Source: Octopus bimaculoides (Eukaryota). Taken from it: 64,000 bases of DNA. The position numbers and the translations under genes are program-made. Positions 1 to 12,893 of the stretch are shown piece after piece (position 1 is the first letter of the stretch; every line of letters begins with the position of its first letter). The stretch spans positions 56,966,047 to 57,030,046 of the forward strand of contig NC_068981.1 in NCBI RefSeq assembly GCF_001194135.2, read 5' to 3'. Under the pieces are notes generated by a model, which did no database searches, was not told the DNA's origin, and was given only the letters and a program-made list of their open reading frames with translations.

Positions 1-304
1 ACAGAGCAAACAGAGGGTAAAAATAACGTATTTGCCATCACTGCTCGGTCTTTCAAGGATAGGTCTCTCTCAGCGGCTTCTAGAATTGTGGTGGCTGTTG
101 TTGTTGCTGTAGGATATAATTCTGTGGCAGTTGTAGCTGTTATTGTTATTGCTACTGTTGTTTTTGTGGTTGCGGCTGTTTCAGCTGCTGTTGTTGTATC
201 TGATATTCTTTTTAGTACTGTTGTTATTGTTGTGCTGCTGTTGTATGTGTGGCATTGGGCGGTATATTCGCTTTTGTCTTTTAATGCAGGCAGAAGGCTT
301 TAAG

Positions 305-500
305 ATGAATTGTGGAACCACATGTCTAGTACATAAGCCTTCTCCCTTCGACCACCATAAAGAGCTGCATGCTGTTTGTCAGTTTGATCTTGTCGAGAAA
401 GGTTGCATGCCTCTCCTAGTTGGTTTGGATCAAGAGCACCATATCAATTTCAACTAGTTTTCTAGTCGCAGTTCCTCGACCTTCAGAATAGTCGTTAAAT
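305..500 (-). mobile_element. Degraded ORF1 (gag-like, zinc-knuckle) fragment of a Tx1/L1-like LINE
   Basis: Minus strand translates with frameshift and stops as ILKVEELRLEN...IDMVLLIQTN*ERHATFLDKIKLTNSMQLFMVVEGRRLMY*TCGSTIH. This resembles the VEGRxxxCxxCGxxGH end of Tx1-like ORF1. Recognised by eye. Confidence 0.4.
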
Positions 501-569
501 TTTAAGAATGAATTGAATTCTTGAAAAAACAAACGAGTAATGAAGTAATCACAAACTTACTGAGACAAC

Positions 570-763
570 GAAGAAGAAGAAGAAGAAGAAGAAGAAGAAG
601 AAGAAGAAGAAGAAGAAGAAGAAGAAGAAAAAGAAGAAGAAGAAGAAGAAGAAGAAGAAGNNNNNNNNNNAGAAGAAGAAGAAGAAGAAGAAAAAGAAGA
701 AGAAGAAGAAGAAGAAGAAGAAGAAGAAGAAGAAGAAGAAGAAGAAGAAGAAGAAGAAGAAGA
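570..763. repeat. (AGA)n microsatellite with 10-N gap at 661-670
   Basis: Directly visible. It explains the poly-R and poly-L ORFs. Confidence 0.98.
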
Positions 764-769
764 TTAAAT

Positions 770-1480
770 GACATAGAATATCATTAGAGCAATAGATGCT
801 GCAATATCGGGGCTTAAAAATTGTGTTGTACTAGTAAAAGAAAGAATACTATCAGCTGCTAGAGATGTCCAAAGGGTTATTGAAACAGTAGAATTCACGA
901 ACAGAAGAACGACTCGCAAGGCAAACATATGGTAAAAATGGAATAACATGGCCAATTTATGCAACAAACCGAGGATGTTGGAAGTAAAGAACAGACGAAA
1001 CTTGAAATGAGAGACCGAAACACTAATTATTGCCGCTCAGGAACAAGCCATTAGGGCGAATCTGATAAAGACAAAGATCGACAGATCTCAGTTGGAGAGC
1101 AACGTGAATGCAGTAAGCTAGCGCAAAAAGACTGTATAGGTTATAGAGTGAATTAGGATATTGTTAGTAGATTGTGTGACTCCGAAATAACATGAACCAG
1201 AAGCTGTGATAGAGAATAAGACTTACAGGATTCTATGGAACTTCCCCTTAAAGGCTGACCATACTATTGGAACAAGAAGACCAAATATTACTATAGAAGA
1301 CATAAAATAAACATTGTAAGATCATGGATCTTGCAATACCATATAACAGAGTGAATACCAAAGAAATTGAAAAAATTGGAGAAGTAACAGACCTAGCTAA
1401 AGAGATAAAGAGATTGTGGAAGACAAAAACAACAATCATTTCTGTGGTAATCAGTGCACTTAGCACAACACTCAAACAGC
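770..1480 (+). mobile_element. 3' fragment of an R4/Dong-clade non-LTR retrotransposon (restriction-like endonuclease region), degraded
   Basis: Interrupted translation gives HGQF...ETETLIIAAQEQAIRANLIKTKID...CSKLAQK...RILWNFPLKADHTIGTRRPN...IMDLAIPYNRVNTKEIEKIGEVTDLAKEIKRLWKTKTTIISVVISALST. This matches the R4/Dong pattern ILWDF..TD..I..RRPD..IID.A.P..KE.EK..KY.DL..EI.RLW..V.PVVIGALG. Confidence 0.75.
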
Positions 1481-1879
1481 TATCTATTCTCTCTTCTCCT
1501 AGGCCAATAAAATAAATGTATGGAATAGTATTTCAAACTATTCTTTTATTTCTAGCATTGAACTCTGGTTTGATATTGGTTTGACTTCTCAATAATACTC
1601 ATTTCTGATGCTCTCCTTTATTTTTATCGATTATATTTCCTTGTATGCCTAGTTATACTCTGATTATCTCATTGCAATGTCCGAATATAGCTTAATGTTT
1701 TTGGTTTTAATTAATTTACATCTTGTTGTACTTATCTAAAACTGTATTCATTCTGGTTTACAGATTAATTCTTGCACATGTTCTCTAGATTCTCCAACTA
1801 AGAATTATCACTTGTAAAATGTCTTAAACGTCTATATAGAAAATATGGTTTATAATTTGCACAAAAGCATTGGTGGTTT

Positions 1880-2217
1880 CATTTAAATTGCTAATTGTGT
1901 CAAACCTAGGGAGAAGTGTAAAGGAAATAAGTGGAAATTTTTTCTAATAGGTATGTAGCTGTTTTTATATATAACCTTCGTTTTACATGGACTAATGGTG
2001 TTGTATTATTTATATAAAATGTTTCTAATATGTATATCCATAAATGTGATATGCTGGAGAATACTTCTCTGAAATCAATCCATGCCATGCTAGGATTTTT
2101 TCTTTCTCTTCTTGCTGTCTTTAATAATTACTAGGCTCCCCAATTGCTGTTTTTCATACCAAACACATCGTTCCGACTTCCCTTCTGCTCATCTGGTATA
2201 ATATTATTTTCCAAATG
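1880..2217 (-). mobile_element. Reverse transcriptase fragment of an R4/Dong-like non-LTR retrotransposon
   Basis: Minus strand with a frameshift: HLENNIIPDEQKGSRNDVFGMK / QQLGSLVIIKDSKKRKKNPSMAWIDFREVFSSISHLWI. Compare the RT motifs EQKGC..G.KDQLL and NLSMAWIDY.KAFDSVPHSWI. Confidence 0.7.
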
Positions 2218-2694
2218 AACACAGCCAACCTGCTCGACATTATAGATGTAAAGACTTTGTATACTGTTGGTAAGCAGGTTATTGGTCTACAGGTTTTGGT
2301 TTCCCAGCTGCTTTTGATTGGGGAATCAATATTGCTTGATTTTTGTTTTGTTTTGTTTCCTTTTGGTAACCAGCTGGATGTTAATACTGGTCTGCTTAGT
2401 AAATCAATAAATGAATGCTAATGACACATATTCATGAATATATGGAACTAGCATTCAATGAATTACTAAACAGATATTTCGTCAGGATTTGCTGACTTCG
2501 ACAATTCCGTGAGGTTTTCAGTTGCTAGCAGTCTTCATTGTGTTGATGAAATTCCCTGCTAGTTATGCTGGGCCACGCTTTTGGTATTATTACGTATATC
2601 TTCTCCTTACCTTCTAATCTATTGTGCGTTTTTGTGATGAATGTTTTCCTTCCATATCTTCTCCAATTATATATTCATATGCGCTGATGTTAGT

Positions 2695-2910
<216 letters not shown>

Positions 2911-3830
2911 TTGTTCTTTGTTCTTTGTTGATGTCTCTGTAGAATATTTTGGTTTTTGTTTCAAATGTCTTATTCTCATGAAAGAAGTACTGGTTGTCTT
3001 TAAAGTGTCTTTTCCAGCCTGACTTGGCTAAGATTGTTAGTTTCATTTCTTTCTTTTCTCTTTTCCTTTGCAATATTTCTTTTGTATTAATGTTATATTT
3101 TCTAAACATCTATAGTGTTTTTCTTTTTTTCCTACATAACCTCGCGTTCTATTTCCCTAAGTATAGATATTTCATTTTTTTTTCCAATTTTATATATTTT
3201 CTTTCCGTTGTTTATTTGGTGGATTTAAGTGAAGAGTTTCTTACTCTATTAGGGTCGAGCTCAAATTCCCTCGACACTCCCGTGGCTACTGAATAGGCTG
3301 GATCATTTAGCTTGTTCATGTACAGGATTGTTTCTTTAGAAAAGAACGTCTTGAGAGGGTGGCTTGTTGTTTTTAGTTATTATTTTATGAATGTAGCTTG
3401 GGCAAAGATTTACGTTGATCCATGTTTATTGACATAATTATGTTTACATTTTCTATATCATTTATCGTTTTTGATAGATTTTCCTCGTTAATCCGCTGTA
3501 TTGTTTCTATCTGTTTATTGTAAAGTGTGCGATCGAAAGTATGTTTTTGAGGTTGGCCATTTTGGTTGGTTGTATCCCTGGGGACTTTTGTGGTCTTCAT
3601 CTTTGTTTGGGGGTCGTTTTTTCTTTTTTTATGTCTGTTTTTGTTTTATTCTGACACCTAATTCTCCATGTATACAGTTCTGTTTTGAGTGGTGGATTTT
3701 TTTTTTTTTTTATGTGTAGTCATTTCAGTTGTTTTATGCTCTTTTTTTCTGTTGAAGGGACTTAACATATTTTGTCTGAAGTAGTTTCTGCTATACTACT
3801 TTCCTTAGTTTGAGAAAGTTTTTTTTCTTT

Positions 3831-3839
<9 letters not shown>

Positions 3840-3918
<79 letters not shown>
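3840..3918. repeat. (GA)n microsatellite
   Basis: Directly visible. Confidence 0.98.
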
Positions 3919-3920
<2 letters not shown>

Positions 3921-4629
3921 CTGCTGTTCTGTTTACCGTTTTGCAAAATTTTATTCATTTTGGGTCGTTGTATTTCTCTTCATAAGATCATTTTACTGTT
4001 AATACAAATCTCTATACAATTACAAAGTTGCTTCGGCTTATTTTGTCGCAAGCTTTTACTTTTTTCTTCTCTGTGCATTTTCACGTCGCTTTTATAGTAG
4101 CTGTGTGTGTTGGTAGTAATGTGGCTATGTAACACTTTACGTGTAACACTGTAAAGGTACTGTAGCTTTTTTATAAACTTTTTTATTATTCTGGTGGATG
4201 TCAGCAATAGGAAGCGGACCTCTGTGTGTGGTGGTGAGTTAAACTCGAGAGAAAACACTGCTTCAAGCGTTTTTAATTAGGTTGATAACAAAGTTACATT
4301 AAACACGTATTGTAGCACGCATCACAAATGCTCCGTTCAGTACTACTGTGGTGCTACTCAGTATTCCACTTTCCATCTAAATATTGTTTGTTAGCCAAGA
4401 CAATGTACTGGAGTGTAAACGAGAACCCCATTTCCCTTCTTGAGGCCACCAGACAAGAATTGGAAGGATCCAGTCCATGATTAGATTCATCGAAGAGTCA
4501 GATGTATTGGCAATTAAAGTTAGTGAACGGCAAAGTGTGGTAATCTAACAGCCACATAACATTACATGGTATGATTTACTTGACGGCTTGAATATACAAC
4601 ATACAATAAACATAAATGTATGTTTAGAA

Positions 4630-4646
4630 CAGTGGTTCTCAAACTT
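4630..4646 (+). mobile_element. Possible orphan hAT (Charlie-type) terminal inverted repeat
   Basis: CAGTGGTTCTCAAACTT matches the typical hAT-Charlie terminus. No partner TIR was found. Confidence 0.35.
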
Positions 4647-5779
4647 ATTCGGACTGCCACCCACTTGGTTCCCATGTCACATTCCTAGCGTCCAACCATC
4701 ACCGCCAAATCACCAGAAAAATAGATTTCTTTCAACTGCGAATTCAAAACAGCTGTATTTCACAAATAAAACTTAACCTAGTTAAGCCATTATTCTTTTA
4801 CAATCTGAAAGAGCAAAATTACATCTCACTTGTAACTACGTTGTTTTCATATTTTTACTACGAAAGATCCCTGAGTTCAATTATTTTCCGTTTGGTGTTA
4901 CTTTGCAAAGCAAGAAGCTGGGCAGCTGTACTGAAGCTCTGCTCTTCTGAATAATCCACCCACTGGGCCCCTAGCCTATGACGGGGAAACTACTTCCGGA
5001 TCGACAAATAGGAAGCATAGCTAGTATATAGAACAAAGTGTCAAGAAAAACAATGCCAACCAAAATTAAAAGCACCCGCTGTAGCTACACTGGGATAAAA
5101 ACAAAAATAGTAATATCGCCAATACGTTAACGGTCTCGGAAAGTGAGATCAGCAGATCCACAAATGCAACTAAATCTAATAAATGTTCGTTCAGAGAAAA
5201 GAAACAAAATGCTTAAGGTGGGAAAAATACCAACTTGAGTTTCTCAACAAGTATTGCTCTCCGTGGATGAAAACGCAAGAACCAACGTCTATCAACGCCG
5301 GTAACCGTAACCTTGATGTTTTCTACAGGCTATCGGTTGTTTCATTACACATTAAAAAAATACACATCCACAATGTCAGTATTTATGCCTGTATTTATGA
5401 CTGTACGACTGCTATACGTAACCCAGCCAGACCCAGTGGACCGTACCACAGAATCTGTAACTCCTCACCAAATGGAGTTGTATCACTAGCCAGAATTAGG
5501 CACTGATTTTATTTATAACTACTTAATTCTGTGTGCGAGCTTATGTGCACCAAACCATGCTTGTGTACTTGTATGTGAGTGTGCATTTGTACGAGCGAGT
5601 GTACACGAGTGTGCGTTTGCACGAGCGAGTACACTCGAGTGTTCGTGCACCAGATCACGTATGTCTAAGCATTTGTATATCCATATCTACTAATGGTTAT
5701 GACTAATATTTTTTCACTGTATTGTGTATTGGTTTCTTTCTGCATCTGACTTTTGTTATGGATCTTCTATAAGAAAGAA

Positions 5780-6011
5780 GCTGCATACCTTTTCTATATA
5801 CGAAGAACAAGAAGAAATCTTGCGAAACAGAGTTTATCTTAACGAGATAACTCTTGAAATCATCTGAGATAACACATCTACACCGAGAGATACGCCTAAA
5901 CCAGATGTTCAGTATCCCACCCGCGAAGGATCGATGCTAGTGGGTTGAAACAATTGTAGTGATCAATAAAGATTCTTGTTTCTTCCATCTTCCGTCTCTC
6001 CCATTAACCAA
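5780..6011 (+). mobile_element. Penelope-like element 3' remnant (GIY-YIG C-terminus plus pLTR with decayed hammerhead)
   Basis: Translation CIPFLYTKNKKKSCETEFILTR* parallels the endonuclease C-terminus at 54.3 kb (VFPLY...KENTFIQKYKP). It is followed by CCG-CGAAG...GAAACAATTGTA, then AATAAA, then (TA)n. Confidence 0.4.
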
Positions 6012-6040
6012 ATATATATATGTATATATATATATATATA

Positions 6041-6430
6041 AAGAAAAGAAGAAGAAAAAGAAAATGAAGAATAGGAAGTTAATAATTGTTAATTTTTAAC
6101 AGCAAATTAATCATCATTCTTACAACTGTTTCAATTAATACTCAGTAAATATTAAGTAAATATTAAATTTATATGATCTGAGCATAATNNNNNNNNNNAA
6201 AGAAGAAGAAAAAGAAAATGAAGAATAGGAAGTTAATAATTGTTAATTTTTAACAGCAAATTAATCATCATTCTTACAACTGTTTCAATTAATACTCAGT
6301 AAATATTAAGTAAATATTAAATTTATATGATCTGAGCATAATATCTTCAGAAGGAAAAAATATACCCTTGGATGTTTTATATGTGTTTATGGATTCATTA
6401 TAGCAGTTTGCTGTAATGAATCTGTAAACA
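6041..6430 (-). mobile_element. Dispersed repeat with hammerhead motif (probable Penelope-type pLTR); 6045-6188 duplicated at 6199-6342 across a 10-N gap
   Basis: Homologous to 24830-25080 by eye alignment. It abuts (TA)n at 6012-6040. Confidence 0.6.
6271..6354 (-). ncRNA. Type I hammerhead ribozyme motif with long stem II
   Basis: Minus strand reads cctt-CTGAAGA-tattatgctca-[34 nt]-tgagtattaatt-GAAA-cagttg-TA-agaa. The core is intact. Stem II has 10 bp with one bulge and a basal U-U mismatch. Stem III (ACAGUUGU) is self-complementary. The predicted site is GUA. Stem I is weak. Confidence 0.65.
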
Positions 6431-7239
6431 CATATAAAACATATAAAACATCCAAGGGCATATGTGTGCATATGTCTTTGCATGTATGTGTACGTAGATG
6501 TCATATAACACTTATCGTAGTTATCCAGATTCCAGCAATGGAACTTTGTTCCTTTGTCAGAGACCAACTCCTTTCTTTGAAAAAGGGTAGTAATAAATGA
6601 AAATGAAGCAACATATATGTATCTATGTGTTATTTCTGCATATGTGTGTGTATGTATGAATTATGTATGTATATGTATGTGTGCATGTGTATATATATAT
6701 ATATATATACATACAGAGAGAGAGAGAGAGATGGAGAGAGTATGAATGAGTGAGTGGGTGAGTGAGTGAGGGACGAAGAGAGATAAGGAGGGAAGGCGGT
6801 TGGTAGGTGTTCAGAAACAGAGATACAACAAAAGAAGAAAAACGTTTCCACAAACATTTTATTTTATATCAACTTTCATTTCACTTATCAACATTAATTT
6901 TTTCACTTGATGCCAAGTTCACGTTCAGATGTATATGATGGAACATTGCAATTTTTTTTTTTTTTTTTTAAATTTAGGTCTGGATGATTAGCGGAAAATA
7001 ATAAACAGTGGAAAAGTAAATAAGTAGGTCCTTGCTGGCAATTATGATGTCAACCATTTGCAGAATCGATCATGTAAATCTGTTGAAAACGTTCTCTAAA
7101 TTTGCAAATAAAGAAGCAATACAAGTGTGGATACATGTGTACACGCGTGTGTATGTATGTTGATGTGTAAGACATAATATCATACCGGAATATCTGAAAA
7201 AAGCATTAGTCTCTGAAATGTGTCGAGTATATCATTGAA

Positions 7240-7295
7240 TTTCTTTCATTTATCTCTCTCACACACACTCCCTCCCTCTCTCCCTCATACACACA

Positions 7296-7341
<46 letters not shown>

Positions 7342-7515
7342 TACACGTTCTCTTTCTCTCACACACTCCCTCTCGCACATACACACACACACACACACTC
7401 ATTCACTCACTCTCTCTCTGTACGTATACATGTGTGTATATACATATATACAATATATACTTACACATACGTATAAATATGTATGTATGGGTGTGTCTAT
7501 TTGTGTGTGTGTGTG

Positions 7516-7570
<55 letters not shown>
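7240..7570. repeat. Compound (CT)/(CA)/(TA) microsatellite block
   Basis: Directly visible. Confidence 0.95.
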
Positions 7571-7571
<1 letters not shown>

Positions 7572-7699
7572 TGATCGCCCATAAAAATTGACGAAGGCTT
7601 AGCAGGTGCTACAAATTAAATAAAATACAGCAACAAATTTTAAAATATAGAACGAAATAAAAGAAAGAAAACAGAAGCGAAAGATATATATTTGACTAC

Positions 7700-8440
7700 A
7701 AATTCCCTAATCACAGGACGCATCCATGCAGGAGGTGACAGGAGATTTACAACTGCCTCCGCCGATATTACACCGTCCGTGAACCTAGATTTATAGAATT
7801 GATTGTATTCCATTGTGGACGTGTGTGATATCCTGACCATCGTAAAAAAGGACCCACAGTCTATGCCTTCAAGGTGCTTCAGCTATCAGTAATTAACGAA
7901 GACCATCACCATAACTGGGAACACAATACTTCAACAAAGGACAAACTCACGTTGTGTGGTGCTAGAGAAGCGCGTCTATTTCTGACTCTAGGCATCTGTA
8001 GGTTTGAAACTACAGATGTGACGGTACTTTACAGTTATAATGGTCTGCCCCAACAACAATGCTTGGATCTTAGTTGAAGGTCTGTCAGTTTTATACCCCA
8101 CACCCTTCTCTATTGGAGACAAATTCTCGACTAGCGCAAGGGCTTTTTTGTTTAAGTAAGAAGAATCTGTACGTGAGCCAAACGCACTTCCTCGTATTCA
8201 ACGGCAAAATAAAGTCACTATAACTCGGCTTGTATGAATGCAGTAGATTGCCAAATGTGGCTGAAAGGAACTCCATACCTCGCAATACCATCTAACTTGG
8301 TATGTGTACATGCCATAGAACATCATACCAGATGTTTGTTCTGCATCATAGCTTCTTGCCCAGCTTCACAGTATATTATCACCGCACCATTTTCCCCCAT
8401 TGAACTGCAACAAACAACTTCAAAGCTGTGGAGATCAATG
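7700..8440 (-). repeat. Unclassified dispersed repeat, copy 1 (homologous to 45520-46190)
   Basis: Shares the exact 16-mer CCTGCATGGATGCGTC (7717-7732 minus, 46161-46176 plus) and GCAGTTCAA (8400-8408 minus, 45555-45563 plus). Collinear similarity is visible between these anchors. Confidence 0.7.
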
Positions 8441-9461
8441 CTATTTATTTCCTTCCTTACTTCCTTTGAATGAAATGCGAATATGCCACAAAACATATGC
8501 GAATATATAGAATGACCACTGACTCCTTTGAGATTATCCCGCCTTGACAGGTCGCTTGAGAGTTTCACAGGTAACATGCAACTCAGCACAACCTGCTGCG
8601 TAATAAGATCGTCAATGACTAAACTGGCAACATCAGACTAGACGACCCAAGTCATCCTTGATGATCTGGCGTCATACAACGACTGCACCAATACTACATG
8701 ATGGCGAAACCTTCAAGTAATGATCATGTAACCAAACGGGTCACATTATAATGCAATTTTTGTAATATCTAGTCAGGTTCTAATTTCTACAGGTACGACT
8801 TGTCTCATGGTTGAGTGGTCCGACGGCTGAATTGATCGTCACAGCAGTTTACTAGATGCAGAAGGTATTATGGCACTTAATAGGGCTTAAAATAAAACTA
8901 GTCTAAAAGCCTCTCACAGATAAGCCAACAACTTATCATACCACTACAAGATTATCTTGTTTAAACTCATGTTGCTGATGGCCTCTTTAGACGATAGATT
9001 TTGGGTGGAGGGAAGAAAATATTATTATTATATTCGTTTCTATCACACATTATTATTCATTTCCTCATTACGTGAGGTTTATTGTCATCCCAAAAGAATA
9101 CATACAGTTAAATCGAAACGCAATCCATAATTATAATTTATAATTTATTGCTCATGATAAATTAATAAGAATCGAATACTTAAAATCATATCATCTATTT
9201 TTATTAGAATCCTATTTGCTAGAATTTATAAACAAGGTTTAAGTTGAAACATAATACGTTTTAAACTTATGTAAATTTATTGATTACTAAAATTTATATA
9301 CTGGTGTGTGCGTCTAATGTATAAATATACATAAAAACTATTAAACTTTAATCGAAGAAGCATTCACTGAATACATGTAGAGTATAGAATTTATTTTCAC
9401 AAGGAAAACGGTAACAGTGACATCAAGATTCACCAGTGGTTGTATTGCACGCGCACGCGTT

Positions 9462-9462
<1 letters not shown>

Positions 9463-9533
<71 letters not shown>

Positions 9534-9650
9534 TGCATGCATGTGTGTGTATATCTATGTGCTTGTGTATATGTGTGTGCGTGCGTGCATGTGTGTGTAT
9601 ATGTGTGTGTGTTTGTGTGTGTGTGTGTGCGTGTGTGCGTGCGCGCGCGT
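9463..9650. repeat. (TG)n / (TGCG) microsatellite
   Basis: Directly visible. Confidence 0.97.
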
Positions 9651-10447
9651 GTCTGTATGAGTGCGTATGTAAGTTTTATAGATAATCCAGTCTATAATAT
9701 CAGTGAAAATATATTTTAAAGATTCTGAAACATGTCATGGTTACCTCTGAGTTGTTTAAAACATTTATCTTCTGTGGTTAGTGTGTGGGGGGAGGGGTGA
9801 ACGCGTGTGTGTATGTACATATTTTTAAAACCAAAAAATGACTTTGTGGAAAGTAATTCAAATGCTTTTTTTCTGTTATCGAGTTTATCATTTGATTTAT
9901 TTGATTATATAAAAACACTCAAATATATGTAAATGTGAATGTACGTATTGTCTGTATGCATATTTGCTTATCTTTCGTTGATGAGTATCAGCAAGGGCTT
10001 TACACATCGGCGAGAATGCGAAAATACGAAAAAGTTGTACTTTACGAAGAGGAACCTTGATATATTTGTTCTGCTTAGAATTACAAACACTCCCTGGTCA
10101 TTTTGGCCGTTTATCAGAAATGCAAGAAAACAATGATAGACCCTCTGTAACTAACGCCGTTTTTGATCATAAATTGTAATACAAAATATATAAATACTAT
10201 ACAGGAAGGATAGATGTTTCGCAGTTAGTAGCGTTGAATAATAGAACATAAGGAGTTCGTTGTTGTTTAGCATTAGTGAAGATAATATTAAAACGATACA
10301 TAGCAACAGCAAAACTTTTACACGAATCGATGATATCACAAAAACACTCCCCGTACACATACAACGATGCAACAATCGGCGAAACTTGATGTCACAGTCA
10401 ACATTTTTTTGTGAAAATAAATATTATACTATACAGTAGCCTTTGTG

Positions 10448-10495
10448 TGGCGTTCTGTGTTCAAATTCTGCCGAGGTCAACTTTGCCTTTTATCC
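10448..10495 (+). mobile_element. Internal fragment of SINE family A
   Basis: cgttctgtgttcaaattctgccgaggtcaactttgccttttatcct matches the body of the copies at 12894 and 14229. Confidence 0.7.
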
Positions 10496-11234
10496 TGATG
10501 CTGCGTCCATGTTGGGGCACCCCTCATGTTTTTATTATTATTATTATAATTATTATTAATATCTGAATTTGCATTTATTTACATGCAATTTTTTCTTTGA
10601 AATTTTCGAACCAATATCTGGATTTTAATGTCTACTGCCTCTTTCGTATCTCAGCATTTAATCAAAAAACTGTTGAAACACAAGATGTAAATTTGAAGAA
10701 AAACCTCTATTTTTGAAGCTATTTTCTCTTATTCTTTCTTATATCTTAGAATATCCTCTAAATTACTCTGTCTATTCGTACTTTACGTTTTACCGAAAAC
10801 ATGCTGAAATAACAGGAACTTTTATTAACACACCCGAGTCTTGAGTAAAAGTTAAAAATCAAAACTTGATTTTTTAATTTTTGGGAATATTTTTTCTAAC
10901 TTTTACATAACTTTGCTAATATTTTGGATTGATTATCAATATATTTCAACTTAGTCACATGCAAATTTTACTTTGGAATATCCGAAAAACACCTTTTTAA
11001 TTGCTTTTCTTACTTCATGATGTTGCTTCCGTATATTTAGCGAATGACTGCTTTAATAAACAGTTATTCTAATCATTTATTGCAAGGGATTCGTTTGTTT
11101 TAGCATGACAGGACCAACAAGCAAACTTTTATCAACTTCACTGAGTGATAATCTTTTGAAGAAAGAAATGATTGAACAGCAAGCTTCACATTAACATGTG
11201 ATGAAACTCTTAAGACTCACAAGATGAAAGATGT

Positions 11235-12130
11235 GTTCTAGATGGCTGGAGTATGAAGCAAGTTGAGGAGTTCCTAAAAAAAATGATGGGTTACATGTTA
11301 TCAATAAGAAAATTGGCTATGACCATTGAGTTAAATTTGGGTTCATACACATGGAGAGGCTGCAATGTTGAAACATTGGGAACAAATAAAGTCGTCAAGT
11401 ATGCATCTCTTAGAAAATAAAATAAGCAATCATTTTTCATCAAAAGCACATAATATATGTGAAACAGAACTGACGGAAGGCGAAGTAAATGTAATTACAA
11501 AACCATTGATGAAATAAATAAAAATGTATAAGCTCCATATGAAAATTGCTTTAATACTGTCTACGGTACACAAAATGAAACAGGCTTTGTTAGGATATCG
11601 AAGATGGGATTGGAAATGGGAGTAGAATTTCATTCTCGCAAGACAGCTGCTAAAATAGCCGATCATACTGCGAAGAAAATTAAACATGAAATATTTGTGA
11701 AAAGCAAAAAATAAACTTTGTGTTATCATTGGTGAGGCTTCAATGGTGCAATTCAACCAGTTATCATTTTTCTAAAAGTTGAAGAGAGTGATTTTTGATG
11801 ATTTTTCTTGATTTGAGTCGAAATAACAAGATGCAGAAATAATACATTTTTTTATATCTTAAAGTTTGCCTTTTACATTTCAGCTACATAATGAATCATC
11901 GTTGTTTTGGATGATTATATCGAAAACATAAAACAAGTAAACCACGATAAAATATTTATTAATTAAATATGCAGACTCTTTTACCAAATAAAAATCAGAT
12001 GGAACTTATTTAAATTCCAGGTCAATATGGATTAGAAATCCTAAAGTTTAGTAAAGTTTCAGAAATAAGACAGGCAGCCTTAAATCAGCAGTTGTAATAC
12101 GGAATGCTTATCCAGCATTGTTCGAATATT
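11235..12130 (+). pseudogene. Degraded hAT-superfamily transposase (ZNF862/Blackjack-like)
   Basis: Frameshifted translation: DGWSMKQVEEFLKKNDGLHVINKKIG...ISNHFSSKAHNICE...CFNTVY...KMGLEMGVEFHSRKTAAKIADHTAKKIKHEIF...KLCVIIGEASMV...YPALFEYF. It resembles F.TVY...NG...G..LHSR..A..I..HIA...KISV.IDEST, with the first catalytic D seen as G. Confidence 0.6.
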
Positions 12131-12893
12131 TTCTCTTCTGTAAACAACAACATAAAAGTCATACCCTTAATTTTATACATGCAAACTATTTTTGCCACAT
12201 AAGTCATGGATGTTAGTTGGATATAAATTCGTGTTTGAAATGACCGGGCTAAATAACAAATTCGCGATTTCTGCTAAAAGGAAAATTTTTCAAATCCTCA
12301 GATCTCTTGTTTAGGCCAAAAGCCCAGTAATTTACGTCTTGTATTACAACACTCACTGCTGGACCATTAAATACTGATTTGATTCGCTTCAATTTCAAAC
12401 AATATGAAATATCTATTTTTTTTAAGGAAGGGCAGTTAGAACTTGCAATAAGTGCGTCATTCCTAAGTTACGCTGCATAACTAAAGATGAAAATGCTCCA
12501 ACCGAGAAATGTCTACTCTCAGACTAAATTGATTTTAAGCTTTGTCACCACTCAGGTAACTAATGAATAAAAGAAAGTTATTTTTTAAATTTTATTGTCT
12601 TATGAATAAATATTTATTTATTTGAAGGATTCTAATACCTTGCAAGTTACAGAAGTGAAGTGGAAGAAAGTCTATTTCATGCTTGGAACGTTAGGAGACT
12701 AAAGTAGGATCACAATGTGATAAAAGAAAATTATTATTTGAAGACTTATACTGTTTCTCATGTAAAAATACTGGAGGCAATCACCGGGCACATTTCACTC
12801 TCGTAGGAAATCCTTGTCTAAAGTCTAGCAGTAACTCGTCTTGAAGGAGTTTCAGTGATCAAATCATGTAGTAATGTAAGTATAAATAAACAA

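Noticed and set aside
3250-4260. Minus-strand ORFs (MKTTKVPRDTTNQ..., MFSLEFNSPP...) that might be a LINE 5' region
   Set aside because: No diagnostic motif could be recognised.
6045-6342. 144-bp direct repeat as a biological tandem
   Set aside because: The copies are identical and separated by a 10-N placeholder gap, which is typical of an unmerged contig overlap. It cannot be fully excluded without reads.
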